Assembly: GCA_052055015.1 (NCBI GenBank)
Contig: JBQJIT010000048.1
Strand: one strand, 5' to 3'
DNA length: 41,461 nucleotides
From: Malassezia furfur
Lineage: Eukaryota
In this document: positions 31,187 to 41,461 of the stretch, one piece after another
Numbering within the stretch: position 1 is the stretch's first letter
Layout: every line of letters starts with the position of its first letter
Made by a program: the position numbers and the translations under genes
The notes under the pieces: generated by a model
Told to the model about the DNA's origin: nothing
Database searches by the model: none
Seen by the model: only the letters and a program-made list of their open reading frames with translations

Positions 31187-32074
31187 TTAGGCCGAAAGCT
31201 CCTGAACACGAGCGCGCTTCACCATGTGAAGCGAGTGACCACGGCGCTGGTGGTTACGCTGGGCAAGCTTAATCGAAAGCTGGGGAAGCCAGACGTTGGC
31301 GAGCGAGCGGAATTGACCGCCGTTCGAGAACAGGGCATTGAGGGGAGTCGCGTAGTCGTCAGGGGGGTTGGAGACGTCGTAACCACCGTTCCAGGCAGCA
31401 CGCTCAACGTAGTCCTGAGCCTCGAGCCACTGAATGGCCTCCGAAGCGAAGTCGTTCACCTGCTGCTGCGAGGGGTTGGACGCCGAAGTAATGCCGAACT
31501 CAGTAACCCATACAGGGAGCTTGAACTTCTGGTGGACGTTCTGGACCCACGCCTTGAACTTGTCCATGTCCTTGTACGAACCGTACCAGTGAAGGGCCAT
31601 GAAACCAATCTTGCAGTTGCTGCACTCGTCCATGAACTCCTCAAGCCAGTCCATGTTGTACACCATCTGGGGCGAGCTGACGTTCTTGCCTTTCAGCGCG
31701 TACGGCTGGAGCTCCTTCATCCAAAGGTGAGCGGCAGTCTTCGGGTCGAGGTTGGCCTGCGAGGCCACATCAGGCTCGTTGAAAGCGAGAATGTGGCTCG
31801 AGTTGAACTTGGAAATCTCCGCCTTGCGGAACTCCCAGTCGAGGTACTTCTGGGGACCCCAAAAGGTAGGGACGTACTCAACATCCTTGGGCATCTCGGG
31901 AACGTAGCCCATCTGCCAGTGGTGGTACCAGCTAATCACACCATCAGGGATGTTCTTAGCCCAGCGGTTGTCCGCACCCCAAGGGATACCGAAACCGAAC
32001 TTGGCCGAAGCCGAGTCAGCGCAAATGATCGCAAGAGCCGAAGTAACGGCAGTAACAGTCGAAAGGAACTTCAT
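31187..32074 (-). CDS. Secreted GH128 beta-1,3-glucanase (Glyco_hydro_cc/Asl1-like)
   Basis: Signal peptide, ISWYHHW, EYVPTFWG, LAFNEPD and PVWVTEFG catalytic glutamates, YVERAAW. Confidence 0.88.
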   Translation of the reverse strand: MKFLSTVTAVTSALAIICADSASAKFGFGIPWGADNRWAKNIPDGVISWYHHWQMGYVPEMPKDVEYVPTFWGPQKYLDWEFRKAEISKFNSSHILAFNEPDVASQANLDPKTAAHLWMKELQPYALKGKNVSSPQMVYNMDWLEEFMDECSNCKIGFMALHWYGSYKDMDKFKAWVQNVHQKFKLPVWVTEFGITSASNPSQQQVNDFASEAIQWLEAQDYVERAAWNGGYDVSNPPDDYATPLNALFSNGGQFRSLANVWLPQLSIKLAQRNHQRRGHSLHMVKRARVQELSA

Positions 32075-32982
32075 CGTAATTAGAGCAGTAGCGGGAAAGA
32101 CGGCCAGCGCCTTGTGAGGTGGAGACGAATGAAGGGTTGAGAGTAACGAAAATACGCGTCCTCAACTATATACCTGCCCTGGACGGCGGTGCAAATGCCA
32201 ATTGACACCCCTACCCGGAAAAGAGCAGAACGCGTCCCCAGGCAGTTCTGCCTGCATTGTGTTGCTTGAGTGGCTTTTGGCACGCATACGCGCCCTACTT
32301 CCGCCCCGCGACACAAACACTCTTTTTGAATAATCACTGTGTTATTGTCTGTTACATTGTGGTTTGTCATATGCAAGCTGCACGTGCAATATGCATGCCA
32401 GTCGGGAAGTTGTCCGCTGCTGAGCTACAGAATGGGCCTAATCGCATCGCATTCCTCGAGATCCAATCTCATCACTCCTCCCTCGTTTCATAGCGCGTAT
32501 CTGAAGTGAACAGGGGTACTATGCCTAGGTCGCGTCCAGTCAGCTGCGGCACGCGACACAGATTGTCGCAGAGGTGTCAGACACTCCGCCGCTCGTGACT
32601 TGGCGCATGTGACCTCGAGAGCCCACCTACGTCCCCGTCAATTCTAGTTCAGACCCCACAAAAACCGGTTAGGTCCGTTCGCTTGATCGGGATCGGGTCT
32701 ACGAGCGTGGCGTGACCAGCCCGGGCCAATCAGGAAACGAATGGTTGGGTTAATAGTTGGGCGACGCAATTAGATCATGGATTGGTAAACCTAGAACCTT
32801 CATTGGCCGGGTTTCTACGGAGGCGTGGACCGCTAGGCCGATTTCGCGGGTGAGCCAAGGTCCGTGCGAGATGTTCTTCGCGTCGGCAGCCGAAAGGCAC
32901 CGATGCCGGGAACGCCTACAGGCATAATTTGCACATATAAGAATGCCAAGACGTACCTTCCGTCTTGGTAGCTCTGTCAATT

Positions 32983-34224
32983 ATGTCCTTTGCTAACGTT
33001 GAACACTATCGGTCCGAGCTGACTCCCGAGCATGCCGAGGTTATTCGAGCTACGCTCCCTCTAGTTGGTGCCAACATCGACAAGATTGCGAAGCAATTCT
33101 ATGCGTCTATGTTTGAGGGTCACCCCGAGCTGATTCGCAACTTGTTTAACCGGGGTAACCAGAAGCAGGGTGCACAGCAGCGTGCACTTGCTGCATCTGT
33201 GGCTACGTTTGCCACTATGCTGGTCACCCCTGGCGCCGAGACGCCCGAGCGTCTTCTCGGTCGCATTGGCCACAAGCATGTGTCGCTCGGTATCACCCGT
33301 GACCAGTACCAAATTGTACATGACTACCTGTTCGGTGCCATTGTTGCGATCCTTGGTGCTGATGTCGTGACTGCACCCGTTGCAGAGGCCTGGGAAAACG
33401 TGTACTGGATTATGGCCAACCTGCTGATCAAGTTTGAGGCGGAACTCTACGAAAAGGCTGGCGTGAAACCGGGCGAGGTGTTTGTTAACACCCAGGTTGT
33501 CGAACGCAAGGATTTGAGCGGTGGCATTGTCGAGTTTACTGTCGAGAGCAAGGACGCGAGCAAGCCCCTTCCTGCACACCAGCCGGGCCAGTACATCTCG
33601 GTTGGTGCCAAGCTTCCCGATGGTGCACGCCAGCTGAGGCAGTACAGTCTGGTCGATGCGGGCATCAACCCAGGTCGCCTGACTATTGCAGTCAAGAGCG
33701 TGGAAGCCACGAAGGATGCACCGGCTGGTGAAGTGTCCAACTGGCTCATCAACAACGTCAAGAAGGGTGATGACTTGGAAATTACGCTGCCGTTTGGTGA
33801 CTTGGTCTTGAACGAAAAGTCGCAAAGGCCTGTGGTTCTTGTTTCGAGGGGAATCGGCATCACGCCTATGCTTGGCATCCTCTCCTACCTGGCTGCTTCG
33901 AATTCGTCGCGCCCTACCTTGAGTCTGCACGCTGACTCCAGCGCAGCGACAGATGCATTCTTTGATGAGCGTACGAAGCTGGTGTTGAAGATGCCGTCCG
34001 GTGAAGCGAAGACGTGGTACTCGGAGGGTCAGACTGGTCCAAATGTCTCGCAAGGCCACCTGGACCTTAGCACGGTCCAGCTGCCGGCCGATGCCGAGAT
34101 CTACCTGTGCGGCGGCAACGAGTTCTTGCAGCGCATGCGCAAGCAGCTGAAGGACATGAAGGTGCCTGACGAGCGTGTCTACTTTGAGCTCTTCTCGCCG
34201 AACGACTGGCTTCTCGACGAATAA
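32983..34224 (+). CDS. YHB1: Flavohemoglobin (nitric oxide dioxygenase), bacterial-type, intronless
   Basis: Globin domain (LFNRGNQKQGAQQRALA, RIGHKHVSLG, QYQIVH), FAD domain (PGQYIS, RQYSL, GEVSN), NAD domain (GIGITPM, YLCG, FELFSP). Confidence 0.95.
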   Translation: MSFANVEHYRSELTPEHAEVIRATLPLVGANIDKIAKQFYASMFEGHPELIRNLFNRGNQKQGAQQRALAASVATFATMLVTPGAETPERLLGRIGHKHVSLGITRDQYQIVHDYLFGAIVAILGADVVTAPVAEAWENVYWIMANLLIKFEAELYEKAGVKPGEVFVNTQVVERKDLSGGIVEFTVESKDASKPLPAHQPGQYISVGAKLPDGARQLRQYSLVDAGINPGRLTIAVKSVEATKDAPAGEVSNWLINNVKKGDDLEITLPFGDLVLNEKSQRPVVLVSRGIGITPMLGILSYLAASNSSRPTLSLHADSSAATDAFFDERTKLVLKMPSGEAKTWYSEGQTGPNVSQGHLDLSTVQLPADAEIYLCGGNEFLQRMRKQLKDMKVPDERVYFELFSPNDWLLDE

Positions 34225-34447
34225 GCTTCCAAATGTTATGTCGATACCATCCATCACTCCAACACTCCATTTCCAGAGGCTGCATTTTCATTAATAGCCG
34301 AATTTATACTTAATGTTCAATCTGGGTTTTTTGGTTACTAATCCATTGCTGGCGGTCACATCGTACATCGAGACTGTCGGAAGCTACCGACACGCTATAG
34401 CAGCGCAAATCCATGTGGGTTGACGCATTTTTAGGGGAAAGAGTGAC

Positions 34448-36067
34448 TTAGTCGAACGTCATCTTCTTGCCGGTCGACTGCGTGATAGCACCGGTCCGTG
34501 CACTGCCAGTAGAGGCAGTGCGTCCACCGCCACGGCCGCCACGCGCACCGCCGCGGCCGCCCCAGCCAGAGTCGCGCGCACCGCCGCGACCACCACGGCC
34601 GCCACCACGGCCACCGCCACGGCCACCAAAGCCGCCCGCCGGCGAGCCGCTGCGCGAGCTGTTGGAGTTGTCACGCTTGCCAGCAAAGTCAATACGGACA
34701 GGGCGGCCGCCGAGCTCTTGGCCGTTGAGCGCCTCGAGCGCCTTGCCTGCGTTTTCTTCCGTGTCAAACTCGACATAGCCGAAGCCCTTAGGGCGGCCCG
34801 ACTCCATGTCCTTCGGGAGACGAACGGCAGACACCTCGCCGAATTCCGAGAAGGTGTTCCAGATATCGTCCTCGGTCAGCGACCATGCAAGGCCACCAAG
34901 GAAAAGCGTGTTGGAGGGGGCGCTGCGCTCATCGTTGAAGTGCTTAGCACGGCCCTCGACGCGCTCCTTCGGAGCACGGGGAGCCTGGAGGTCCACGCGG
35001 AGCGCGCGACCATCGACCTCCTTGCCCTGCGCCTTTTGCGAGGCAGTCAGAGCGTCTTGTGCGGTTGCGAAGTCGACGTAGCCAAACCCGCGACTACGGC
35101 CCGTGTCGCGGTCACACTGCACACGCGCATCAACCACCGTGCCATATTCCTCAAACTCGCTCTTCAGCCAGTCGTTGTCCACGTTCCAGCTGAGCTGGCC
35201 GACCCAGAGTGTCTTGATGCCCTCGTCCGCGCCCTCGGTGGGTGCGTCCACCTTGGACTTTTTCGCAGCCGCAGGCTCCTCCTCATCGGCCTTGCGCTTC
35301 TTCGAGTCCTTTGCCTTCGGCACCTCCTCCTCGTCAGAGCTGTCCGACGAGTCGGACGAGTCCGACTCAGAGCTATCGGAACTGTCCGAGTCAGAGCTGT
35401 CCGAATCAGAGCTGTCCGAATCGGAGCTATCCGAGTCGGAGCTGTCAGAGCTGTCCGAGTCCGACTCGCTCTTCTTCTCTGCCTTGTCCTCGTCTTCCTC
35501 CATCTCATCGCTGGAGCTGTCCGAGTCGGACGACTCCGATGAGCTCGACTCGTCCGAGCTGTCCGAGGACTCGGAGCTGTCCGACTTGTCGGCGCCCGAC
35601 TCCTTCGTGACCTCCTCTTCTTCGTCATCCGACTCCTCATCGGAGCTGGAGCTAGAGCTGGAGCTCGACTCCGACTCCGAGCTAGAGCTGGACTCGGACT
35701 CGGACTCAGATTCGGAGTCCGAACTGGAGCTGGAGCTCGACTCGGACTCCGAGCTAGAGCTGGACTCGGACTCGGACTCAGATTCGGAGTCCGAACTGGA
35801 GCTGGAGCTCGACTCGGACTCCGAGCTAGAGCTGGACTCGGACTCAGACTCGGAGCTCGAGCTAGACTCAGACTCGGACTCGGACTCGGAGCTCGAGCTG
35901 GACTCGGACTCGGACTCGGACTCAGGCTCCACCTTCTTCGCCTTGCTCTTCGTGTTCTTCTTGGCAGGCGCGTCCGACTTCGCCGTCACCTTGCTTGCCT
36001 TCTCAGTGTTATTCTTGCTGGCCTTGGCCGAGACCGCGGGAGCAACAGACTTGTCCTTCTTGCCCAT
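34448..36067 (-). CDS. NSR1: Nucleolin-like protein Nsr1/Gar2
   Basis: Acidic/Ser N-terminal tract, two RRMs (RGFGYVDF, KGFGYVEF), GAR domain, ends GKKMTFD. Start MGKKDK. Confidence 0.93.
   Translation of the reverse strand: MGKKDKSVAPAVSAKASKNNTEKASKVTAKSDAPAKKNTKSKAKKVEPESESESESSSSSESESESESSSSSESESESSSSSESESSSSSSSDSESESESESSSSSESESSSSSSSDSESESESESSSSSESESSSSSSSSSDEESDDEEEEVTKESGADKSDSSESSDSSDESSSSESSDSDSSSDEMEEDEDKAEKKSESDSDSSDSSDSDSSDSDSSDSDSSDSDSSDSSESDSSDSSDSSDEEEVPKAKDSKKRKADEEEPAAAKKSKVDAPTEGADEGIKTLWVGQLSWNVDNDWLKSEFEEYGTVVDARVQCDRDTGRSRGFGYVDFATAQDALTASQKAQGKEVDGRALRVDLQAPRAPKERVEGRAKHFNDERSAPSNTLFLGGLAWSLTEDDIWNTFSEFGEVSAVRLPKDMESGRPKGFGYVEFDTEENAGKALEALNGQELGGRPVRIDFAGKRDNSNSSRSGSPAGGFGGRGGGRGGGRGGRGGARDSGWGGRGGARGGRGGGRTASTGSARTGAITQSTGKKMTFD
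35657..35845. repeat. 72-bp coding minisatellite (about 2.6 copies) in the NSR1 Ser/Glu/Asp tract
   Basis: Near-identical units start at 35657, 35729 and 35801, embedded in hexamer (GACTCG/GAGCTG) repeats. Confidence 0.85.
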
Positions 36068-36107
36068 CCTGGTCGGTGTACGAAACCAAGAGGCGTAGCG
36101 TTGGCCA

Positions 36108-36134
36108 CCACTTTTTTTGCCCGCAAAATTTTTC
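36108..36134 (-). promoter_or_regulatory. RRPE-like element GAAAAATTTT plus GCAAAAAAAGTGG upstream of NSR1
   Basis: Minus strand reads GAAAAATTTTGCGGGCAAAAAAAGTGG. The 13-mer recurs upstream of ENP2 at 19313-19325. Confidence 0.55.
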
Positions 36135-36177
36135 TCTGCGACCTGCAGGCTGACTAAATACATCTACGGGTGGAGGT

Positions 36178-39100
36178 CTAGGCGTCAAAGACAAGCGGGC
36201 GCAGCGGCGGCAGCGTGGGCTTGGGCGAGACGAGGGCGGGCCTGGGGTCAGTGCGAAGGGTACGTACATGCCGGTACCGACGGTCTGCGCCGGGTTGCCC
36301 ATGATAATGCTCTCACTCACACCAGCAATCGAATCCGACTTTCCGTAGAGCGCAGCATCGAAGAGATGGTCGGTTGTCTTCTCAAACGAGGCGAGCATCA
36401 GCACCGAGTCCTTCATCTTGGCGACTCCAAAGCGCGTGATACCGAGCACCTCGCCCTTGTATGTCATGACATCTGCGAGGAGCATCACGTGGCGCGGGTC
36501 GATCGACATGCCGTGCGACGCCATGGTGTAGTCGATCTCGCGGTAGATGGCGTTGCGGGCCGCCTCGATGCCGAGCACCTGCTGCATCTCCATGACATGG
36601 TTCGTTTGGGTCTGGGTGCCAATCACGCCCTCGGTAGTCATCACCTCCTTGAGGCCGTAGCCCTCGACCAGCAGCTTGCGCTCGCCCTTTTCGTCGCTGA
36701 TCACTGCGCGCGAGGCATGCGGAATGCCCTTGATCACCACCTTGGGCAGGAGCCGCTTGAGTTGCTTGAGCGTATAATATACATCTTTTTCCTTTTCGTC
36801 CGGGTACACGTGGATCTTGAGCTGGTTCTTGCGCGGGAGGATTGTGATCCGTTCGGGCCGGATCTTGAGCTTGGGCATCTGCGCAATGGCGACCTTGATG
36901 TCGTCGAGCGTCACCTCCAGCTGGAGCTTTTGGATGGCGTCCATGTCGATGTTCACACCGAGGTACGTGTGCGTGCCTGCCCAGGCCTCCTCGATGGACG
37001 CCGCCACGTCCCCGAGGTAGGTCTTCTCGATGCGGCCCTTGACGATCCGTGCCGCCTGCTCGCTGCGTTCGCTCACGAGCTTGGCCGCAATGATGGGGGT
37101 GTTGATCACCTTGGCGGCGTTGATGATCTCCTTGATGCGTGGCACACCAAGCGTGACGTTCATCGAGGCAACCCCCGCAAAGTGGAACGTCTTGAGCGTC
37201 ATCTGCGTGCCAGGCTCACCGATCGACTGCGCGCCGACCGCGCCGACGGCCGTGCCCGGCTCGATCTTGGCCTTCATATACTTTTCCCAGCACTCGTTCA
37301 AAAACTCGTCCAGGATGGGCTCGGTGACGCGCGCCTTGTTGGCGACAATCGCCCACTGCGCGGCGTCGGCGCCGAGCGACAGATCCGTCTCCTCGTCCCA
37401 GTCGCCTTCGCGCACGCGCGCGGGGAACATGCCGTAGGCCTCGCGCGTGCGCGCGACGTGCTCGGCAATCTGCACGTCACAGAACGCGCGGATCTGCTCG
37501 AGGTACTTGTCTGTGCACACGCGCCGGAAACGGTCCGTGCGCAGCGTCGCATCGACCCGCTCGCGGATCTCGAACGGCATGAGGCTGCGCGCCGGGATGT
37601 GGGCGGCCTTCGCCGTGGCGTGCCGGAAGGTGCGGTTGTACTCGACCGGGAGCGCGTTCCCCTCGAGCTCCGCGGGATCGAGGCCGTCGTCGCCGTACAG
37701 GAACTGTACGACGCCACCGACCGAGTTGCGCACCGAAAAGTCGTAGTGCGTCGAGAGGTCCTCGAGCGCCTTCATGAGGCGGCGCTGCATGTAGCCCGTC
37801 TCGGCGGTCTTGACCGCAGTATCGACAAGCCCCTCGCGCCCACTGATTGCGTGGAAGAGGAACTCGGTGGGCTCCAGGCCAGAGAAGAAGGAGTTGCGCA
37901 CAAAGCCCTTGCTCGGCGGGTCCTTGCTCTTTTTCGGGAAGTGTGGCAATGAGCGGTCCTGGAATCCGTTGGGCACACGCGATCCCGAGATGATCTGCTG
38001 CCCGACACACGCGACCATCTGTGCGACGTTGATCTTGGAGCCCTTGGAGCCACACACCGCCATCATCAGCGCGGCATTGTGCCTGCTCAGCTCGGTCATG
38101 CAGATCTCGCCGACGTCGTTGCGCACGCCCGAGAGCACGCCCGAGATCTTGCTCTCGAGCGTCTGCTCCTGGTTGCACCCGGGCAAATTCTCGAGCTTGC
38201 CGCGCTTCGCGAGCTCGATCAGGTCGCGGCACTGGCGGTAGGCCACCTCCACATTCTCGTCCTTGGTGCGGCGCAGCTGCTGCCCCGGCGTCACGTCGCT
38301 GATCCCCAGCGAGAAGCCCTGGTTGGCGAGCCAGCGCGCACACATCTTGGCGAGGCGGTTCATCGCCTGGATCGTCGCATCGGGGCCGTAGTCGCGCAGG
38401 ATCACACCAAACAGCGAGTGCTTGTTGCCGTCGCCGACCGTGGCCTTGTCCATGACACCACACAGCACTTCGGAGTTCTGGATGACGAGGTAGCCGTCGT
38501 TCGGCGACATTTCCTTGATGTGGTCACCGGTCGGCTTCTCAAACGTGCGGCACCGCGCCTCGAGGTTCACGAGGACGTTGGATGCGCGGTTCGGCCGGAT
38601 GAGCACACTGAACAGCTGTTTTCCCGTCCAGAGCCGCACGGGTTTCTGGATCGCGGGCGGCGGCACGTCGATGTGCAGCGTCGCGTCGCCAAAGTAGGAG
38701 CAGATCTGCACAAACTCGGGGCGCGTAAACAGCCGGTCACGCCGCGAGAGCAGGAACGACGCAGTGATAAAGTCCTGGATCGCCGCAATGATCGGCTCGC
38801 CGTTGCGCGGCGTCACGAGGTTGTGCTTGACACCCATCAGCGTCAGCGCCTCGGTCCGCGCCTCCTCGGTCTGCGGCACGTGCATGTTCATCTCGTCACC
38901 ATCAAAGTCGGCGTTGTATGGATTGCACACACACTCGTTCAGCCGGAAGGTGCGCCACGGCCGCACTTTGACGCGGTGGCACATGATCGACAGTTTGTGC
39001 AGACTTGGCTGCCGGTTGAAGAGAACAATGTCGCCGTCGCAAATGTGCCTCTCGACAATGTCGCCGACGTGCAAATTCGCCGCGAGTTCCTCGCGCATCT

Positions 39101-40443
39101 GGGGGAACTTGAGGAAGCGCTTGAACCCGTCGCGCCCATTGATGTGGTAGTTGGCGCCGGGGTGCGTATCGGTGCCGTTGCGCACCGCCGCGCGCATCGC
39201 TTCGATGTTGTGCGCAAAGACGCGCTCGGGGTACGTCAAAATCTTGGCCACGCGCTCGGGCACCGCTAACTCGTCGATTGCCAAGTTGGGGTCCGGCGAA
39301 ATGACCGTGCGGGCGGAAAAGTCGACACGCTTGCCCGACAGATTCCCACGGAAGCGGCCCTGCTTACCCTTGAGGCGCTGGCAGAAACCGCGGATCGGCT
39401 TGTGTCCGCTCATCGGCGGCACGCCAGGCATCTCCGAGTTGATATACATCGCAACGCTCAGCTGCAAAAAGTCCCATTGCTCCACGAGCTGCGCGGTGGT
39501 GGTCCCCTTGCTGCCCTTGGACAGGCCCGACTTGATAATGTTGTTGGTGAACACAATCTCCGTCAGTTTCACCGTCAGGTCGTCCTCGTTCGTCGCACCG
39601 TCCTGTGCGACGCTCGGACGGATACATACGGGCGGCACACAAATGTACTGCCAAATGTACTCCTCCGGCCGGCCGTACTCGGGCTTGAGGCCGAGCAGCT
39701 CACAGTCCTCGTCACTGATCCGCTTGAACAGGTCGAGCACGCGCAGCGGGTTCAGGTCCTCCTGGGCCTTGCTCAGATGCGGGCCGAGCTCGCCGCCGCC
39801 CATGCTGACGGCGGTGGTGAACGTCTTGCGGAACTCGAGCAGCTCCTCCTCTGTCTTCTTTTGGCGGAACTTTTCGTGGACGACTTTGAGCGCGCCGACC
39901 TTTTTGACGGTACCGTTCGTTGCACCGCAGTGCGGACAGTAGAGCGTCTTGCGCGCCACGGCGTTGGCCGCCTTGAACGTCTGCGTGCGCTGCAGATTCT
40001 CCAAGTTGGGCCGTCGGAAGCGGCGCAAAAAGCGCCGCCGGTCGCTCTCCTCGAGCAGGATGCCGGCACACGACTTGCACACCATCTGAAGTATGCTGAT
40101 GACGTGCTTGAAGAAGCCGATGTGGAACACGGGAAGCACGAGTTTGATGTAGCCGTAATGGCCCACACAGTCGGCCATGCGGTGCCCGCATGTCTGGCAC
40201 GTCGACACCTTGTCGCTCACGCCCATGCGGCGGTCGAGCACACCACCGACGCGCGGTTGACGGTTGGGTAGGTCATAGATATCGCGCGTGACCACCTCGA
40301 GCTCGGCGAGGTTCATAATCTCCTCCTGCGACATGACGCCGAACTGGATGTTTTTGCTGCGTTAGCTGGGAGCGGCGTACATTTTCTTGGGCGCATCCTG
40401 CGTACTGGGGTCAGCAGATCATCACATACACTAGCTCCTTCAT
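36178..40443 (-). CDS. RPC1: RNA polymerase III largest subunit, 4 exons
   Basis: YNADFDGDEMN, LKGKQGRFRGNLSGKRVDF, QDRSLPHF, no CTD heptads. Introns 40405-40429, 40357-40380 and 36242-36267 give MKELVTQDAPKKIKNIQFG... and ...LRPLVFDA*. Confidence 0.95.
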
Positions 40444-40607
40444 CTTGGCTACGCTGCGGCTTTGTGCGCGCACCACGCACCGGACTCTGCTGGTGGCGCA
40501 CTGGCGGGGTGGTGTCCAGCAAAATTTCGCGAGAGTCGCAAATGCAAAAATGCCCTGCCGCCCACAACGTGGCCGTGCGTAGGTGGAGGCCGCACAGGTC
40601 GCTCCTG

Positions 40608-41461
40608 ATGGACGACGTCGTGGCACGTCTGCTCGACGTGCTCCGCCGCGGCACCCCGGCCGCGGGCGATGCAGAGATCTTGCAGTCGCTTGCCAAGCTG
40701 GATGTAAGCGAGGCCAGTGCGCTTGCCCAACAGCTGCGCGACGCCGCTCAGCACGACACGGTGCAGGTGCTCGTTGCGCTGCATGTGCTCACCCTCGTCC
40801 AAGCCGCCCTCGCGCAGCGCGTGCTCGAGCGCGAGGGACTCCTACACGACTTGCTTGCGCACGCGCAGGACACACAGACGCGGTGCGCGATGGCGCACAT
40901 GCTCGCGGGTGCCGCGTCACAGGCGCCCGTGCGCAAGATGCTTGCGGGTGACTCTGACGTGCAAGCGTGGCTCGCGCGCTATTCGTCGGACGCACCGATC
41001 GTCGAGGTCGGCGACGATGCAGCGGCATGTGTCGATCTTGTGCGCATCAAGCTCGCGATCGAGAGCGACGCGTCCAAGGGCACGTTCTCCTTGCCCCAAT
41101 ATACATGCGTCCAGCTATTTGCGCGCCTGCGCGCGACCGCCGTGCATGCGTCCAGCGCCGCCGGTCCCGGCCTGCTCGCATTTGATGCGGCGGCTGCGGC
41201 GCGTGCAGATGCGCTCGAGGGCATGTATTACCTGGTGCGGCTCCCCGCGCTGCGCGACGTGCTGTGCAACGATCGCCCTCTGCTCGAAGCACTCGCACGC
41301 TTGCTGCTTGTCCAGCAGCCCGCGTCGGGCACGTTGCAGCGCTCTTCGGTGGCCTTTGTCATTGTGTCTCTGCTAAACACTGCGTGTGCGTACGCTGCGC
41401 CGCGCACCGACGAGCAGCGCCGCATCGAGGCGCTGCGCCGGTCAGCTGCACGTGGTGCGGC
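40608..41461 (+). CDS. UCS-domain myosin chaperone (She4/CRO1/UNC-45-like), 5' part (runs off right edge)
   Basis: Stop-free frame from ATG 40608 (MDDVVARLLD...). Contains DALEGMYYLVRLPALRDVLCND..LL and AYAAPRTDEQRRIEALRR, resembling the UNC-45 central/UCS region. Confidence 0.7.
   Translation, partial: MDDVVARLLDVLRRGTPAAGDAEILQSLAKLDVSEASALAQQLRDAAQHDTVQVLVALHVLTLVQAALAQRVLEREGLLHDLLAHAQDTQTRCAMAHMLAGAASQAPVRKMLAGDSDVQAWLARYSSDAPIVEVGDDAAACVDLVRIKLAIESDASKGTFSLPQYTCVQLFARLRATAVHASSAAGPGLLAFDAAAAARADALEGMYYLVRLPALRDVLCNDRPLLEALARLLLVQQPASGTLQRSSVAFVIVSLLNTACAYAAPRTDEQRRIEALRRSAARGA

Noticed and set aside
35330..35925. Short periodic repeats resembling an array
   Set aside because: Codon repeats for the Ser/Asp/Glu tract of NSR1. 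No spacers, eukaryotic context, not CRISPR.
36009..36267. Apparent RPC1/NSR1 overlap in the ORF track
   Set aside because: Removing intron 36242-36267 ends RPC1 at 36178 and NSR1 starts at 36067, so there is no overlap.
36117..40271. Long plus-strand ORFs (611, 396, 289 aa) opposite RPC1, and similar ones opposite YHB1, GH128, ENP2 and NSR1
   Set aside because: Shadow ORFs caused by codon bias of the real genes.
36178..40443. Intein in the RNA polymerase subunit
   Set aside because: Length and motif spacing are normal for Rpc1 and no splicing-domain insertion is visible.

Overview
Eukaryotic (fungal) genomic DNA, most likely a Malassezia yeast, judged from extreme gene density, tiny GT-AG introns, basidiomycete-type proteins and an actinobacterial-type flavohemoglobin. 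I find 25 protein-coding genes (two cut by the window edges) and one intron-containing tRNA-Lys(CTT). In order: unknown ORF, TBC/Rab-GAP, EMC6, SWD1, HSP104, ATF/CREB bZIP, two-RRM protein, ALDH3, CAMKL kinase, Pyp1-like HAD phosphatase, PRE8, ENP2, uL11m, mannitol dehydrogenase, ISU1, VPS20, RRP36, RING E3, TFG2, SER1, CTF4, tRNA-Lys, GH128, YHB1, NSR1, RPC1, She4/UCS. No mobile elements or CRISPR arrays. Main observations: (1) 32 introns reconstructed by hand, 28 of them 21-29 nt, with a near-fixed geometry (branch A at position 16 or later, no polypyrimidine tract); (2) convergent stop codons 0-14 nt apart and divergent ATGs 36-95 nt apart; (3) the small intergenic spaces carry motifs that match gene function (HSE, CRE, Gcn4, MCB, RRPE, CCAAT, E-box), plus an unfamiliar 13-mer shared by two ribosome-biogenesis genes; (4) the known horizontally acquired flavohemoglobin. 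All gene models are predictions from sequence alone.
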